From Phoronis australis (taxonomy: Eukaryota; Animalia; Phoronida), in contig NMRA01000091.1 of the NCBI GenBank assembly GCA_002633005.1, positions 767,820-831,819 on the forward strand: DNA of 64,000 nucleotides, written 5' to 3'. Positions 25,609 to 40,600 of this stretch are shown here, one piece after another. How positions within the stretch are numbered: the stretch's first letter is position 1; each line of letters opens with the position of its first letter. The notes under the pieces are model-generated. The model had not been told where the DNA came from. It saw only the letters and a program-made list of their open reading frames with translations, and made no database searches. Position numbers and translations under genes: made by a program.

Positions 25609-28600
25609 TCAGTTGCTGCTCGGTGAATGACATTTATTCTTCAACGCCGTGGCCACCTTCATCATCAGTTCACTCAGCTGCTGGTGTGCCTGAAATATCT
25701 GACCACTCTGTAACCTTGACAACGAGTCAGCAGTAACAGTATCTGATAGATACTGGAGAGCACCTGTGATATCCGAATCTGCAGACAATTCTACCTCCTT
25801 CCTCGAAAACTTCTCGTTAGCCTGAGGATCAGGTGGACCATCAGATGGCACTGAGGGTTCGCAATTTTCACTTGATTTGTTAGAAGACAGTGGCTCATTG
25901 TCGCTGGATACAATCTGACTGAAGTCTTCCACATCTTGCAACAAGTCTCCAGAGCAGCTCAGTACTTCTTCAATGCTTGTGTTCAAGTCTGTAAACAAAT
26001 GCACGCGATAACTAACAACGATATACCTCATAAAAACACCAGTCAGTGATCACAAACATGTACACCAGTCAAAAAATAATGTAATCTTCACAAGAAGGCA
26101 GATAAGGATTGATTAGGTTAGCTGCTTCAAATGGCATTTTAAGACTAATTAACATAACACAATGCGACATATGCAAGCACCCTGGCCAAATTACATGTGA
26201 CCCCTATTGGCGAACAAAGCCAAATCACAAATTGCCATTGCCAGCTGGGAATGTAGTCAATCACAGTACGAAGGCTGACCAGGCCTGCGTTCAATAGAAG
26301 CTAGGACCTAGCTAAGGTCAGGGCTTGGAATGGCCAATGACAAAAAAGCGGAAATTTTTACGGCCCAAAACATGCGCGCACCCAGCCTTGAAATGGTCGA
26401 TGTGGACCTTTTGCCGACAAAAATCGGGAAGACAAATAAACGGTACCACCTCCAGGAGCGTGCGTCTGCGTCTTTTTAGCTCGTCTGTCCTCTCCCACCT
26501 CCATACATTTTTGGCTGCAAAGTCGTAGTATTTGTCACCGCGGTTTACAATCACACGAGACGCCATTGAAGAAATCCACCAAGCTATCCCAGATGCCCCG
26601 GCAATGTTGACAATTTACATTCCTCCGAAACATAAAGAGCAACTTCCGCTTTTCTAGGTGAAAGTCGTCGGCAACGCTGCAGTAAGAAAGAAATTTGCCG
26701 CGGAAATTTTATATCAAATCCGATTTTATTTATGCGGAAGCATAATAAAATATGCGGACAGAACACTTGAAAAAAGCGGAAATCCGCGTTTCCGCGGAAA
26801 ATTCCAAGCCTTGTAAGATCTCGTCAAAGTCATGTGTTCTCATTTAAAATACACGGCAATATCTCACGTAAGCTCGCGAAGTCTTGCTTTTTAGCGAGGT
26901 CCTAGCGTTACTGAATGGGAGGCTGGCTTCTGATTTGGGTGTGGATGACAAGGCAGGCCAATGTATGTGACCACCAAACTTTATGACACACAACTCAAAA
27001 ATTGACAAGGACGAAATTACTCAAAGCATGACACGCCACTCGCTAATTTTTAAGTCTTATCTTGAGTAAAGCTGGACACAAATACACAAAAAAGTTTAGG
27101 GAACTTAGTGGAGTCTCTATGTGGGACCGCACTGTTTCATGCAACTGGGCACTGACTTCTTGCGACTGGAAACACTTCTGCCAGAAAACTATCCTAACTC
27201 TCAAAGTACACACATAAAAATTTTTAATTTATGATAGGTTTCTTTTCAAACAGGAAACAAATTACAAAAGCAGTCCATCTGTACTAGTACAATATCATGG
27301 TTTGCACAGACTTCTGGTTGCAAATTGTGAGGCTGGTATGACGAGCACCTGTCACTTCATAACTTATTCAAACCACAATGACCCTAACAGTTTTAGTGTG
27401 TCATTTTTAGAACACGACTTTCGTGACAGTCATGAACATGAAACGAAACAACCTTTTACTTCAGATATTTAAGACGTTTTCAAGGCTTTGAGTAAAATTG
27501 CAAGAAGTTTTCAAGACTTCATTTCAGTTCCAGGTTTTCTCAATGCCTTGGCTCAATTTCAAGGATTTCAAACTCTGTGCAAACCATAAATACATTATCC
27601 TATTACACTATTTGTCACCTTTTTCTTGGAATATCTTCTCCATTTCATCATCAACATTGGGCAAAGTCTCTGCTACTGTACCTCCCTTACATTCTTCATC
27701 AGCTGAAAAATATGACAAATGAAAAGAAAACCAAAACACATGTTGTAATAACATCGCACACATCACAGCTAATAAATTTCTCGAATAGTATAATTGTAAA
27801 GTAACTCGTATTTTAGCTACTCAAAAAATTTCAGCAATGAGTAAAAATGTCATTTCCGAAAACATGTCCAAGTTAATGACACAACTATGGAACAAAATTA
27901 CACATAGATCTTTTCCTGAGGGGGGAGGCGGGGCAGTGAAGTACGCCAGTTGGGCTAGGTCAGTCAACAACGGTTTTAGTTACATTGTCTTCTTAAATGA
28001 AAATGCCATTATAATGTCATATGAGTAAAATTTCATTGGACAGATAACCACACAAGCAAATAACCTCCCCCGGTACTGTGAGAATGTGTTCACAAGGTGA
28101 CAAATCAAACAAGATTTGTTTCACTGTCACGTGAGAGAAAATTCTTGTGCTTCATAAGGTGTAGAGATTATATATCTTTCACTCGAGTCTGCTGTGCTAG
28201 GCCTAAGCAGTTACTTTTAACTTATAAATAAGCATCAAGGATGCAGTTTTCAACTAAAAACCCAAAATACAAAAGAGTGCCCCCTAATTTGCCCAGCATC
28301 ACAAACCATCTCCCTCTGCAAATTTATATTATGAAGTGGAATTTTTGTAGCCCTCTCGTACAGCATTCTAAAGATTCACACGACCCTTACTGTCAACATC
28401 CATTTTGGCTGCATCATCGTCATCTGCAGGTTTGCTCACTTTCCCTGTCATTTGCATCATAATACTGTCCAGGGCCTTCTTCAATGTAACAATCTTAGGT
28501 GACTTGATTGGCAGATTGTTGACCTCATACTCTGTCAGCCGACAGAGGTCGCCGATAGTACGAATGTTCCTGGCACGAATCAATGTTCCTAGACCTCGAG

Positions 28601-31600
28601 ACCTGCAGCACGAGTTGAGTGAGAAATGGTAATCAAATAAACTGAGAAACAAGGCAGAGAGTTTTGTGTCAAGTGCTTGAAGTGCAGTACAATCTCAGAA
28701 TCAGAGATGTATACCAATGAAGACTAACGCAATGCAAGAAACAGTCCTAATTGACCTATCGCAAGCTCCGCCCCCTTGCGCAATGTCGACTAACAAACAA
28801 TAAGTTTTACCCGGAAATGTGGTGTTGTTTGTCGGGTAAAATGGCAGCTTGGAAACGAAGGTGTGTCAATAACGCTGCGTTCTAAATGGTCAGTTAAGCT
28901 GTCACTCAAAATCTTGGCGATAGGTCAATTGTCAAAATTAGTTCTCCATCAGGGTAAATGTAAATGCCAGTTTCTAATCGACAAAAACAATTTTTAAAAT
29001 TTTTGGACTATAATAAATGAAAGATACAACTTCTGTTATGTTTACAATGCACACATATGAAAAAAAAAACAACCAAAAACCCAAATCTGCATATAGCCAA
29101 GATAATACTGCAACACAGCAAACTTAGTTGATCATAACTTATATTTTCAGATGAATTTGTGTTAACCAAAAACTATGAATTCATAAGAATGGTATGGTAT
29201 ATAAAATTGATAAGAATTCGTATTAACAGTTGCTATAATTTTCCATGCAAGATTTGACAGTCAACAATTGTGATAATTTAAACAACTTCTTTCCCCAAGC
29301 AATCATGATAAATGATCAAACAAGGTTTCTAATGAATACTGATCAGACAAATGCTCATTAAAAATCAGTCCAATGCAAATTCGTATCAACCAAAATAGAG
29401 GACGTGTAGATCAAGGCTTGGAATGACCAATGACAAACAATTTTCCAGGTGATGTATCGTTCCACATATAAATAGGCTTGTGCCATACAAATATTTTTTG
29501 TGTTGTAGACTTTAACTGACAGAAATGAATGTTTTTGCATGAATAAAGTTATAAATAATGATAAAAAAGAGATGAAAAAGGAGGAAACTGGAAATAAAAT
29601 AGACAAAATTGAAACCAAAAAGGAGGAAATCCTCTTAAAACATGAAAATTCCAAGCCCTGGAAGATGTGCCTTACCACATGCTGGAGGTCAACTTGGGTA
29701 ACACCTGTTCTACAGGCAAGGTGCAATCTACCAAGTCAGGGTACACAGGCTCCTTACAGTTCAGCTGAGACTCCTGGGTACTTGTGTAGCTTGAGGGCGT
29801 TTGAGTAACAGTGGGAGTGCTGCTGGGGAGCACAGATGACTGGACTCGCTTCTGAAACAACAAATATGGAGTTAAATATTACACAGTGATTATTGTGGAA
29901 CCTCATACGCTACTGTGTGAACAGGTAAATTTAATAACACCTACTATCCATGATTTCAAAGCTGCCATTAAACAGCCTTTCTTCACAAAGCTGAATTTGG
30001 TTTAGACAACTAACAGCAGTGGCATTGGTCTGAACTTGTTCCATACTCAAACCAGTGGTAATTTCTTGACTAGGATAAAACTGACAGTTTGTTGGTGTTT
30101 GAGACCAGTCTCAACGTGTTGGATCATCATGACAGGGTCATTTCATGCTGAGCATGGTGTCAACTGCTACTAGAATAAACTGTTGGCTCCTTCCAAGCTT
30201 ACTTCTCATCTGAGTAAGGAACAAGTACTGTTAAGTCTTTGACGTAAAATAGATTCATGGCAGATTCACAAAATGCAATCTTCAAAACCTTTTCTTCCAT
30301 GTATGGAACACCATCAGCAAATAAATGCTGTAAACATGGTTCGTTGCAATGCGGGTCAATTGTAACTACGATTGCTACAGCATAAACCACGAAATGATGA
30401 TTATCCACAACTCGATTTGATGACGTAGATTTTGGTGGGCAACCTGGTAAAATCCCCGGTTGCCATTCACACATACAAGCAACGACTTAAAATTTTCAGT
30501 ATTTTAAAACTTTCAGTCCTTAAAAGCAGGTTAACACACGAAAGTCGGCATCATTCGTCAAAGACTGGAAGCGCCATTTACAAGTCTTGAACAGGTGCCG
30601 TGTGCTGATCGTCTGCTTCTGCTTGAGGAGATTATTTGGCTTAAGAGGGAGAGATTGGTAATTGTTATAGAGCATGTCAGATACCTCTAAATTTCCGTTC
30701 TGCAGCTCAGGGTATTTACTAAGTTTCTTGGTTTTTCACTTTAGGTACTGCGTATTCTTCATTTTCTGGTCTTGCTGACTATGCATCATCTGTAAGGGTC
30801 ATTACTATAGCAACCCCCATACGTTTCCTTGTATTGCTGACCTTAGTTCCTGTTTGGCGACCACGGAATTTTGCCAAGTCGCATTTGGCGAGTTGACATT
30901 ATGTCAAGCATGTACATCGTACAGCCAGGACAAATCTGCTAATAACACACATCACCTTGCAAATTTTAAAAACAGCAAACAATAACACTGACTGCTTCAA
31001 GTGTTTAACAAAAAGGAGACTAACATGAAGGTGAGTACTTTGTGGCACTGCAAAGATGCCATTGTCGTTATTGCTGGGGCTCACATCACAGTCATCTGGT
31101 TTGGACTGGGACGGCGTGGTCATGAACTGCAAGGAAATTTGTATTTTTGTTAGAAACATATTCATCATATTGCATTTTTTTCACACAGCAATGGTGTGAT
31201 TTAAACCTACACGCATTGCAGTGTTATATAGAAGCTTGTAGTTTTGGTTTGTGTCTTAGAGTGGAAACCTTTTTAAAAGTTTTTACAGTGAGTTGGTGTC
31301 TCAAATTTTCAGATTTCGAGTCACAAACAGTGCAGAATTCCTGAGACGCACACAGCAGCAGTAATTTGAAATCAATTTTTTTATTTGCCCAAATCTGCCA
31401 ACTAAAACATATGTACCTAGGACATGGCAAATTTACATGCTATGAACATTCCCACTAAATAAAATTGGTTCTAACCCCGGTGTTTAAGGTAAACGGCGGG
31501 GTATGGAAAATTGAACTAGACCGTATTTATCCACCTTGGTTGAGACGCGCTCGGCTCATGCTCAAAGGGATGCCGCCAAGCTGCTCTATTCATCGAGTCA

Positions 31601-34600
31601 CGAGCGAGGATAATTGACTTCGCTCATGCGGATATGATCAGCTGATTACAGTCTAGCCTAACAACTNNNNNNNNNNNNNNNNNNNNNNNNNNNNNNNNNN
31701 NNNNNNNNNNNNNNNNNNNNNNNNNNNNNNNNNNNNNNNNNNNNNNNNNNNNNNNNNNNNNNNNNNNNNNNNNNNNNNNNNNNNNNNNNNNNNNNNNNNN
31801 NNNNNNNNNNNNNNNNNNNNNNNNNNNNNNNNNNNNNNNNNNNNNNNNNNNNNNNNNNNNNNNNNNNNNNNNNNNNNNNNNNNNNNNNNNNNNNNNNNNN
31901 NNNNNNNNNNNNNNNNNNNNNNNNNNNNNNNNNNNNNNNNNNNNNNNNNNNNNNNNNNNNNNNNNNNNNNNNNNNNNNNNNNNNNNNNNNNNNNNNNNNN
32001 NNNNNNNNNNNNNNNNNNNNNNNNNNNNNNNNNNNNNNNNNNNNNNNNNNNNNNNNNNNNNNNNNNNNNNNNNNNNNNNNNNNNNNNNNNNNNNNNNNNN
32101 NNNNNNNNNNNNNNNNNNNNNNNNNNNNNNNNNNNNNNNNNNNNNNNNNNNNNNNNNNNNNNTATACAGCTTTCCACCAAGGCTAGGTGATGCAAGACAT
32201 TATTACTTGTTCTTTGTTGCATTATAGTAACTGGTCTTGGCTAATTATCATTTTATGGCCTGGTCATCCATTCAGCCCAAAGTAGTTCCAGAGGTGGCTT
32301 ATCAGCCAATTATTCACGCATGCTGACTCACAATAGAAGCCTGATAAGAGTGAAGGTGGATAAATGCGGTGTTCCTACAGTTTCTTGTTTTAGTGGATGT
32401 GTTCACGACATGAATTATAAATTCATCAGTCATAGACAACTACAATTGAAAATACCAGCATTCTGTGTGTAGTAATTTCTGTGGTGGAAAGAACAACATA
32501 CACTAGTAACACGGCTGATTTACTATTACCATTGACAGAGTGGAGCTCACTGCATCAAATTTGAATTTTGCCTCGACGAATTTGGCTTCCTTGAGTAGAG
32601 TTTGAAAACCTACGCAACGAGCAAAAACTCCCCACAGTATGGGCATCAAATTTCAAACGGTCATTAATTCCAGTCGAGTGTGGAATTCGAAATTTCTGTT
32701 TTAGCTGATAAGACAAAGGCAACGTCTCTGTACCTTGGACTGCGACTGCACAACCTTGGATGGAGTGGTGGTCACCAGAGGAGAGGTGACAGGTTGTTGC
32801 TTAGGCAACTCCAGACATCGGTTGACAGGCTTACAGGCAGAGCTAGGGCTTTCAATAGGTTCGGCAAAGGAAACGCGGCGCTGAAAAGAGTCATAACGGC
32901 TAGTAATCAAGGGACTAATCTACATTTGTATTTCAAAATCTGCTCTCAACCAATAAGGGAATTGAACTGACGACACAAGAAGTGGACAAGTTTTGAACTT
33001 TTGTCTGGTACTTATAAGTGCTAAAGCAACTTTAGAAACTATTTTCAAAAGCCTTTGACTGGCTTCTATTGTCATGTGATGTATCCCATCGCCAGTTGTC
33101 AAAATAGCTAATGTAGCTTACAGCACTGAAAAAAAGCGTTCTTACCTTGTTTGGAGGTGATGGAGAGTCAGGGGTCATGGTCCCATCACTGAGTCTTCGT
33201 TTTTTCAAAATACTACAAGATGGAGACGCCGATGGAGAATAGAGTGAGTATGGTGGGAAGCCAGACGACACAGGACTGCAGTCCGATGAGACCACTGGTT
33301 GGCTGGCTGGCTTCTTAGGTGACGATGTCATCTGTTCTTGTTTACTCTGACTGGTCACCTTCTCGCTACCAACAATTGCAGCATTCAACCTGGACATCAG
33401 TGACCAAGCATTGTCACTGGAAGGTTTAAGGGCTGTGAAAAATTTCCGTGAAGACGGCGACTTCACCGAAGCGTCGAAAGACCGATTTGCTTTTTCAAAC
33501 TTCTTTGCTTTCCTCAGCAATGTCAGAGAGCGATTAAGACGTGGACTGTCCTTAACAAAACTTAGCGACTTGGAATTATATTTCACAAACACAGTTTCAT
33601 TTTTTCTGTTCCCAACCTCCTCTTCTTCTTCAGCTTCCTGCTCAGACTTACTACCGTTACTAACTACCAAACATCCACCACCATCAGGTTTCTCAGTTTC
33701 AACGTGATCTACCAGAACACCAGCAGCAGCTTCTTCCCCGTGATCTTCAACAACATCAGCCCCAAGTCGTTCTTCATTCTTCTCATTTGTAACCACCTTC
33801 TCGTCATTGGACTTTTGGATCTTCTTATTAACAGAGCGTGCTTTCTTCAGTTTCTTGGCAACAGTGTCTCGTGGTTGCAGCTTCAATTTCCTCCTGAAAG
33901 ACAACTCACGTGAAGATCGCAGCAACTTTCGAGTTGGTGAGGTCATGTTGGTCTCTAACCTCTTCAGTTCTGCAGAGAGCTTCTTACTTTTCAGCTGTGT
34001 AGAGGAGCCAAACCGACCAGCAGAACTTGACAGACTTTCAAACATGTCCACACATGAATCTTGATTGCTGTTTGGTACATTATTTTCCCTGTCATCTTTA
34101 GATGTTTCTTTCTCTATTTGCTCTTCCCTACCCTCTACTTGTTGACTTGGCTCACAACCTTTTCCACCATTCTCTACACAAATAGCACCTTGATCTTTAG
34201 CACCATTAGAATGTTGACCTGATATGTCGTTTTCCTTCTCACTTGAACCCTTTTCTCTCCTGCCACTGCTCGTATTTGCGTTAATAACATTGCTAACCAA
34301 ACTGCTCAACGGAACATCATCATCATCTTCAGAATCTCTCTTTTTGGGATCCTGAGCTATTTCAATTTTTGATTTGCAATTCTTCTTTCCCTTCTTCTTG
34401 GATACCTTTGTGTTCTTTTTGTTATTGCTACCTTTGATTACTGTCGACTGGCTCCTGAGGCTATTTCTGTTTGCTTCCTTCTTTTTACTAGTGTCTCTTT
34501 TCTTTGGTGTTCCTTTACGACTTCTTCTAGGTGCAGCAGACATGGATGTTTCAGATTCCTGAGAGGAGTTATCACCATGGTATGACTCGCTATCAGCCAC

Positions 34601-37600
34601 GTTTAAGTTCCCCGCAGGCTCAGATAACTCTTGGGAGGCAGAAACAGCTTCAGAAACATCAGCAAAATAACTCACAGAATCAGAATCTTCGGGAACACCT
34701 CTCTCCAAAGAGGTTTCCATTTTACTTGGTGACATCTCTGCCTTTTTCAATGATGCTTCCGTGCGCTCTTCATCGACCAAATTACACTCTTTTTCCCTAG
34801 CAGTCTCACTGACTGTGTTTTCTTTAATGTCACAATCCTTCCCGACTCTTTCATTTTCCCGTTTCTTTACAGTACCGTCCATCTTTTCACTGTTCACGTT
34901 CTCCTTGTCCAATCGGTCATCAAAATCCAGAGGCCTGATTTCCGAGAAATCATCATGCGGATGACTCTTCAACTGATTGATCCTTGAAGTCGAACGGCTG
35001 CGCATCTTACGGACCCTCTCAGTAGTACACTCCTTCGAGCTAGGAGTGGTCATCAACATTTTTACTGAAGGAGATCGAGTTTGTCCATTGTCCAGTACAC
35101 AGATATCACTGCTCTTAAAACTTTTCAACGGACTGTACTGCCTTATTTCCTCTTGTGTAAGTCGTTGAATCTTGAGCACCGGTGAAGCAGGTAAATTGGC
35201 CAGTTGCTTGAGTTTTGGTGTAATGCGTTCTTTCAAAACTGGAGAACCTGGTATGACATCTTCATTTTGAAGAGCAGCGTCATATCCAGCAGACGGGTCA
35301 TCCCTGAATAGTGCTCTAGCACCCTTGAGTGCATCTTCACCTACAAAAATGTTCTTATTTTTCTCGGGAGTTTCGTGAATGCTTTCGCTAGCAACATTTT
35401 CCTTCGTCGTACTGTTTCTGAATGGTGACCTCGTCTCCTCCACTACAGCAGTTGCTATGTCTCCAGGCCTATTTGGTGATTTTGTAAGCCACCGATCAAG
35501 TTTGGTAATACCCATTGCATCTTTTTTGGCAATCATACTCTTTGCTGGGGACTTCCTTGCTGGTGATTGGGTCTTCGACATAGAGCCACTTCTCTGCTGC
35601 AACATTGCTTTGAACTGCTTCAGAGGACTTTGTGGTACCAAGTCAAGATTCCGCAATTGCGTTCCTGATACACTATCGTGCGCAGAATTTTCAACACTGC
35701 TGTCCATCGCATCGTTGTCACTTCCTTGTACCTGAAATGATTTGAATATTTCGAAGCTGCTGATATCCTTAGACTGTTGAGACTCCACCACATCTAAAGT
35801 GTCCATGTCTGCTCGGTCAAGCTCGTCCAACTGGATCCCGTCATCTTCCTTTCTCTGCAGTGTCTGGTGGCCGATACTGAGCATGGCATCAGTGAAAGAA
35901 GTGGTCTTGACCGTCGTACTTTCACAAGTAACCTGAAAAAAGACATGCATGTAGGCTTATATCATTTACATTCAAAATGCGGAGTCCCCAAAAATCCACG
36001 TTCAAAGACTATACTCCTAGTAAATGAAAACATCCAGAGAAGTATAAACTAAGCCTAACACGCAAAGAATCTTTTTATCGTAACAATTTCAGTCTACCAA
36101 CAAAATCTCTAAGAAGAACAACACAATGCATTGAAATGAGTCCACGGCTGCACAGTAAATGTTATGCTTCCAGGGGTGTTTATTACTAGTACTACAAAAA
36201 TGGCCTCTAGGAGACGCAGAATATGTCTATCCCATTCAAAAATGGAAGGCATTGTAGTCTCCTTAACAAAACTTCATTTTGCTAAATTTCATGAAAATTT
36301 GTCAAGGAACCCCGTAGATACAGAAGCAACATAAAAAAAATAAAATTACCAATAGGATGCACAGCAGTAGTCAGATCAGTCTTAAAGAAGTCACCCGTTG
36401 TCCCGGACATAAAAATACACTTGCCAAATTTCACAAAGATCCTGACAGGTGTCAGATACCCAGAGATGGCGGCAACATGCAACACCATACATTATGAGGA
36501 CGCATAGCAAGGAATGCTATGTGACTTTCGATGACCCAATTTAGAAATTACACAAACATGCTTTTGTATTAAATGAAATTTTCCACAACCATTGTTAAAT
36601 ACAGGGCTTGGAATGACCAATGATGAAAAACGCGGAATTTTTTACGGGCCGAAAGATGTGCACATCCCAGCCTTGAAATAGTCGATGAGGACCTTTTGCA
36701 TACAAAAATTCGGGAGGACTAAAAAAACCGTACCACCTCCGAAGCGTGCGTCTGCGTCTTTTTAGCTTGTCCGTCCACTCCCACCTCCACACATTCACAC
36801 ATTTTTGGCTGCAGAGTCGCAGTATTTGTCACCGCGGATTACAATCACACAAGACGCCATAGAAAAATCCACCACACTATCCCAGATGCCCCGGCAATGT
36901 TGACAATTTAAGTTCCTCCGAAACATAAAAAGCAACTTCCGCTTTTCGAGGTGAAAGTCGTTGGCAACGCCGCGGTAAAGGAATTTGCCGCGAAAATTTT
37001 ATATCAAATCCGATTTTTTACACGGAAATGTAATAAAATACGTGGACAGAACATTTGAAAAAAGCGGAAATCCGTGTTTCCGCGGAAAATTCCAAGCCTT
37101 GTAAATACTGCTGAAAAAAAAAACAAGAGCTGGTTACAGATGCAGCTCAGCTCATTTCAAGCAGCAAGTGAACTGGTCTCACTGCAAGACATTCTACAAC
37201 TAAAAAGCTATACTAACTGGTTCCACTTGTTTCTCAACAACTCCTTCGGTGGGTTTGCTAGAACCATCTTCAAGTTTCTGTTTCTTGGTCATGGCCAGCA
37301 CAAACATGTTCTGTTGATTGCTAGTGACCTCTGGTGTTGGCGGTCCTTGAGACTCGGCGTACAACTGTGAGTACAGAGCTGTGTCCAACGAGGCGTCCAG
37401 ATTGTTGTACATGGATGGCAGGACACTATAAAGTTTTATCAAGTTTGATTTCAGATCTTATCAGCTGAGGATTGTCTGTTCCTAGTCTGAATTTGGATAG
37501 TAGATGAGAGGACATACAACGTGTCAATAGTTACGGATGGGACAACTGATTTTAAATTAGTTGTCAATGATATTTACAGAGGATGATGATGTAACATTCT

Positions 37601-40600
37601 TCAAAGTTACCTGTTGCTGTCAAGCATAATTTACAGCACATTATTCATAGAACACCACAAAGATAAGGTCAATATAAAAAATCACCAGGTTGAAACATAA
37701 GTCCGACAAAGGGAAAACTAGAGAGTTTCACGATCATTGGGTGTAGCAAGTTTTAAAACAGAAAAAAATATAAACAAAAACAACGAAATATAAGATGCTG
37801 TTTACTAGAAATGCTACCGAGCAGATATTACTCAAAACTACCTCTTTTCGTGAAGAACTTCTTTCTGATGTTCCGTTAATATTCTACGCTTCTTTGGTGA
37901 GGGTGCGATTACAACAAACTCTTCATCCCGCAGCTCATTTACACTAAGTGTTAACTTCTTCTTAATGAGACTAGGAGAACCTCGTGGTTTAGGTGGCGGC
38001 ATCTCATTAATTTTGGGTGACGTGGCAGCTACTGGCGATGTGCCACCTTGTGGCCGGTTGAGGAAGCTGCCCATTATTTTTGCAGGAGATGGCATTCCAG
38101 GCAGGCGTGGCAAGGGCGCTTGCGAAATGTCCTGAAAAATATGACGTCTATCGAGTCGACTATTCAGATAATACACATTTATTCAACAACTAGAGGATGC
38201 AAGATGGTTTTCTTTTAAAATCTATAATTGTCGAGAGTTTGACAAGATATTTAAATGCTCGATTCATTAAAAAAAAACTGTCAACAAGTAAATTTTTGCC
38301 ACACAGATGACGACAGGTGATGAATTGCCTTTAGATTTTGTCGAAATGGGACAATCTGCTTGTCCAAACAGTAAACCATTGAAATCATGTATCAGTGAAT
38401 GACAAATCCCTGGTGATATAATGTAGTACAAACCTGTGTCATCTGACTCAGCGGTGTTTCCTCAATGGTCATTTGTTGAGAGTCTGTCCATCCTGGTAGA
38501 ACCAAAGCGCCCTTCTCCTTCATTTTAGCAAGAACAGGCCTGTAATGCAGGACATACAGCATAGACTGAATAATTGAACTGTCAACCTCTCATGAATGGG
38601 GTTGGATAATAACACCCTATCAAGAATGATGTCCTCATAAAGGACAGAAGAAGGGTTTGTATACCATCATAACTCTGGGCAGGAGAGTAATAACTAATTT
38701 AAGACTTATAACAGAAGTGATGCCAACGAAACGTTGCTAAAAGTGAGCTTTTCCCCCAAGTTTGATTCATTCCAGTATGTGATTTCACAATCTACTAGTC
38801 AGAATATGGTCATCAATTCTTAATTCATTGACTGGATCTCACAAAATCCGGTACAATTAAGACTGCTAACTTTTTGTCATACCGAAAATTCTTCATCGCA
38901 CTACTCACTTTAGACTCTCGGGATAAACTAGACTGACTCTCTTGCCAAACGTAGCGTTCCAGAAGGACACCGCCTGATTCTTAACAGCTTTGCGTGAGTG
39001 TCTAAAAGCAACCTCCAACAAAGGCGCCATCTTCTGGAGGAACTCGGAGTCACACAGCCCACTCAACTTGGTTTGCACAGCATTGGTGATGTCTGTCCAA
39101 AACTTCTCAGCCTACAAAAGTTAAGCAGCTGCATGAGACGAAGCAATGAAGAAAAAATTGTACTGGCTAAAACATCCAACCAAGAAGGATCTTGAAATTC
39201 AGTTGAATGGATACATTGGGTCTAATGGAATCTTATTCCAAGATGGCCTCCAATTGATGAACAGCCTTTTATTTTCAGCCTATTCAGAGGGCAAAGGAGG
39301 ATCACAGGCATAGTTCTTTAGTACTGAGTCACCCGTTATTTAAGACAAATTTAAGCCCATGTGTTAGTAAGAGGAAGAAACTAATCAAAACTTATTTATA
39401 AAGTAAAATGTCAAAATTCGATTTTAATTAGTTGTCAGCACTATTTGAACAAAAACACAATTGTTACAATCATTTCTTTACTTGCATAAAATGTTAAACA
39501 ATCACACAGCATCAAGTACCTTGTGCCCAATCTGAGGTCCGTTAAACAACTGACTGACGACTGTCTTCCCTGTCTGCTCTAGCAGGTCAGACATATCCAC
39601 TCCTAGTTTGTCGATGACGTTTGACAAGAACAGGGAAGAAGGGGCGTTCGTCACCAGCGTGGACAAAATGGTCAAAAGAGTAGACCCCACCAGATTTAAA
39701 CCTTTGTTTGACTGAAATTAGAAATCAATGCGATAAATGTGGACATCCATTTTTAGTTTCGGCACCAAAAACAATGTACAATTTTTGAGAAAATGAAGAA
39801 ATCTAAGCCAGTCTAATTATCACTGTTTCAGTCACCTCAATGTGAAATTTTGTTGCACAAAATGTACTACATTTTTGTGTAGTATCTAATTTTCATACAT
39901 CTCTTTAATAATAAGAAACCCCGAGCCAAATTTTAAAAAACTGATCACAACATCAGCCCAAAACTCTTGCAAATCAAAGCCATTCAAGCAATAACGATGT
40001 TGATGAGTCAGTGTAATACCTTTGCACTTGGAGTCACAGCATGGTACCTCAGCTCAGTCCCTCTGGTCAGTATGTGCTTGGTTAGACTTGACAGCAGCTT
40101 TACAAGAGAATGCACATTACCCAGAGGTTTTTGCTTTTTCTTGGACCACTTGGCAGGACTTAGGGGTGCTACAAAATAGTTAAAACACAAACATAATATT
40201 CCATGATCAAAATCTTAAATCAGTCCTAAATAACGACACAACGTCCATGTTAACTCTCAGAGCGTCACATTCAAGAATCTCTAGACAATATTTGAGCTTT
40301 CGTATTGCCATAAAATAGCAGTTGCACTATAATTTTACAGCTTCAGTTTATCAAACACATGATAAAGTCCAGCATTTTATTCTTTGTTTAACCCTTAGTG
40401 CATCGCATAGATGTTGAACCACCCTTCAATAAAAATGGAACAATCCTTACCAACAGTGTTGAATCCCATCTGATTGGAGAATGAGGAGAAGTCTACACAC
40501 TGAACCATTGTTTCACACATGGACACCAAGCAGTCAACTTCCACAAACGTCTTGAAATATAGAAATCGTTGCTTCAGTTTAATTAAATGTTTAAAGGGAA

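Noticed and set aside
31653-32222. 189-aa ORF
   Set aside because: Artefact of the N gap.
33411-35735. Plus-strand ORFs overlapping the RIF1 giant exon
   Set aside because: Antisense shadows of a coding exon with no independent motifs.
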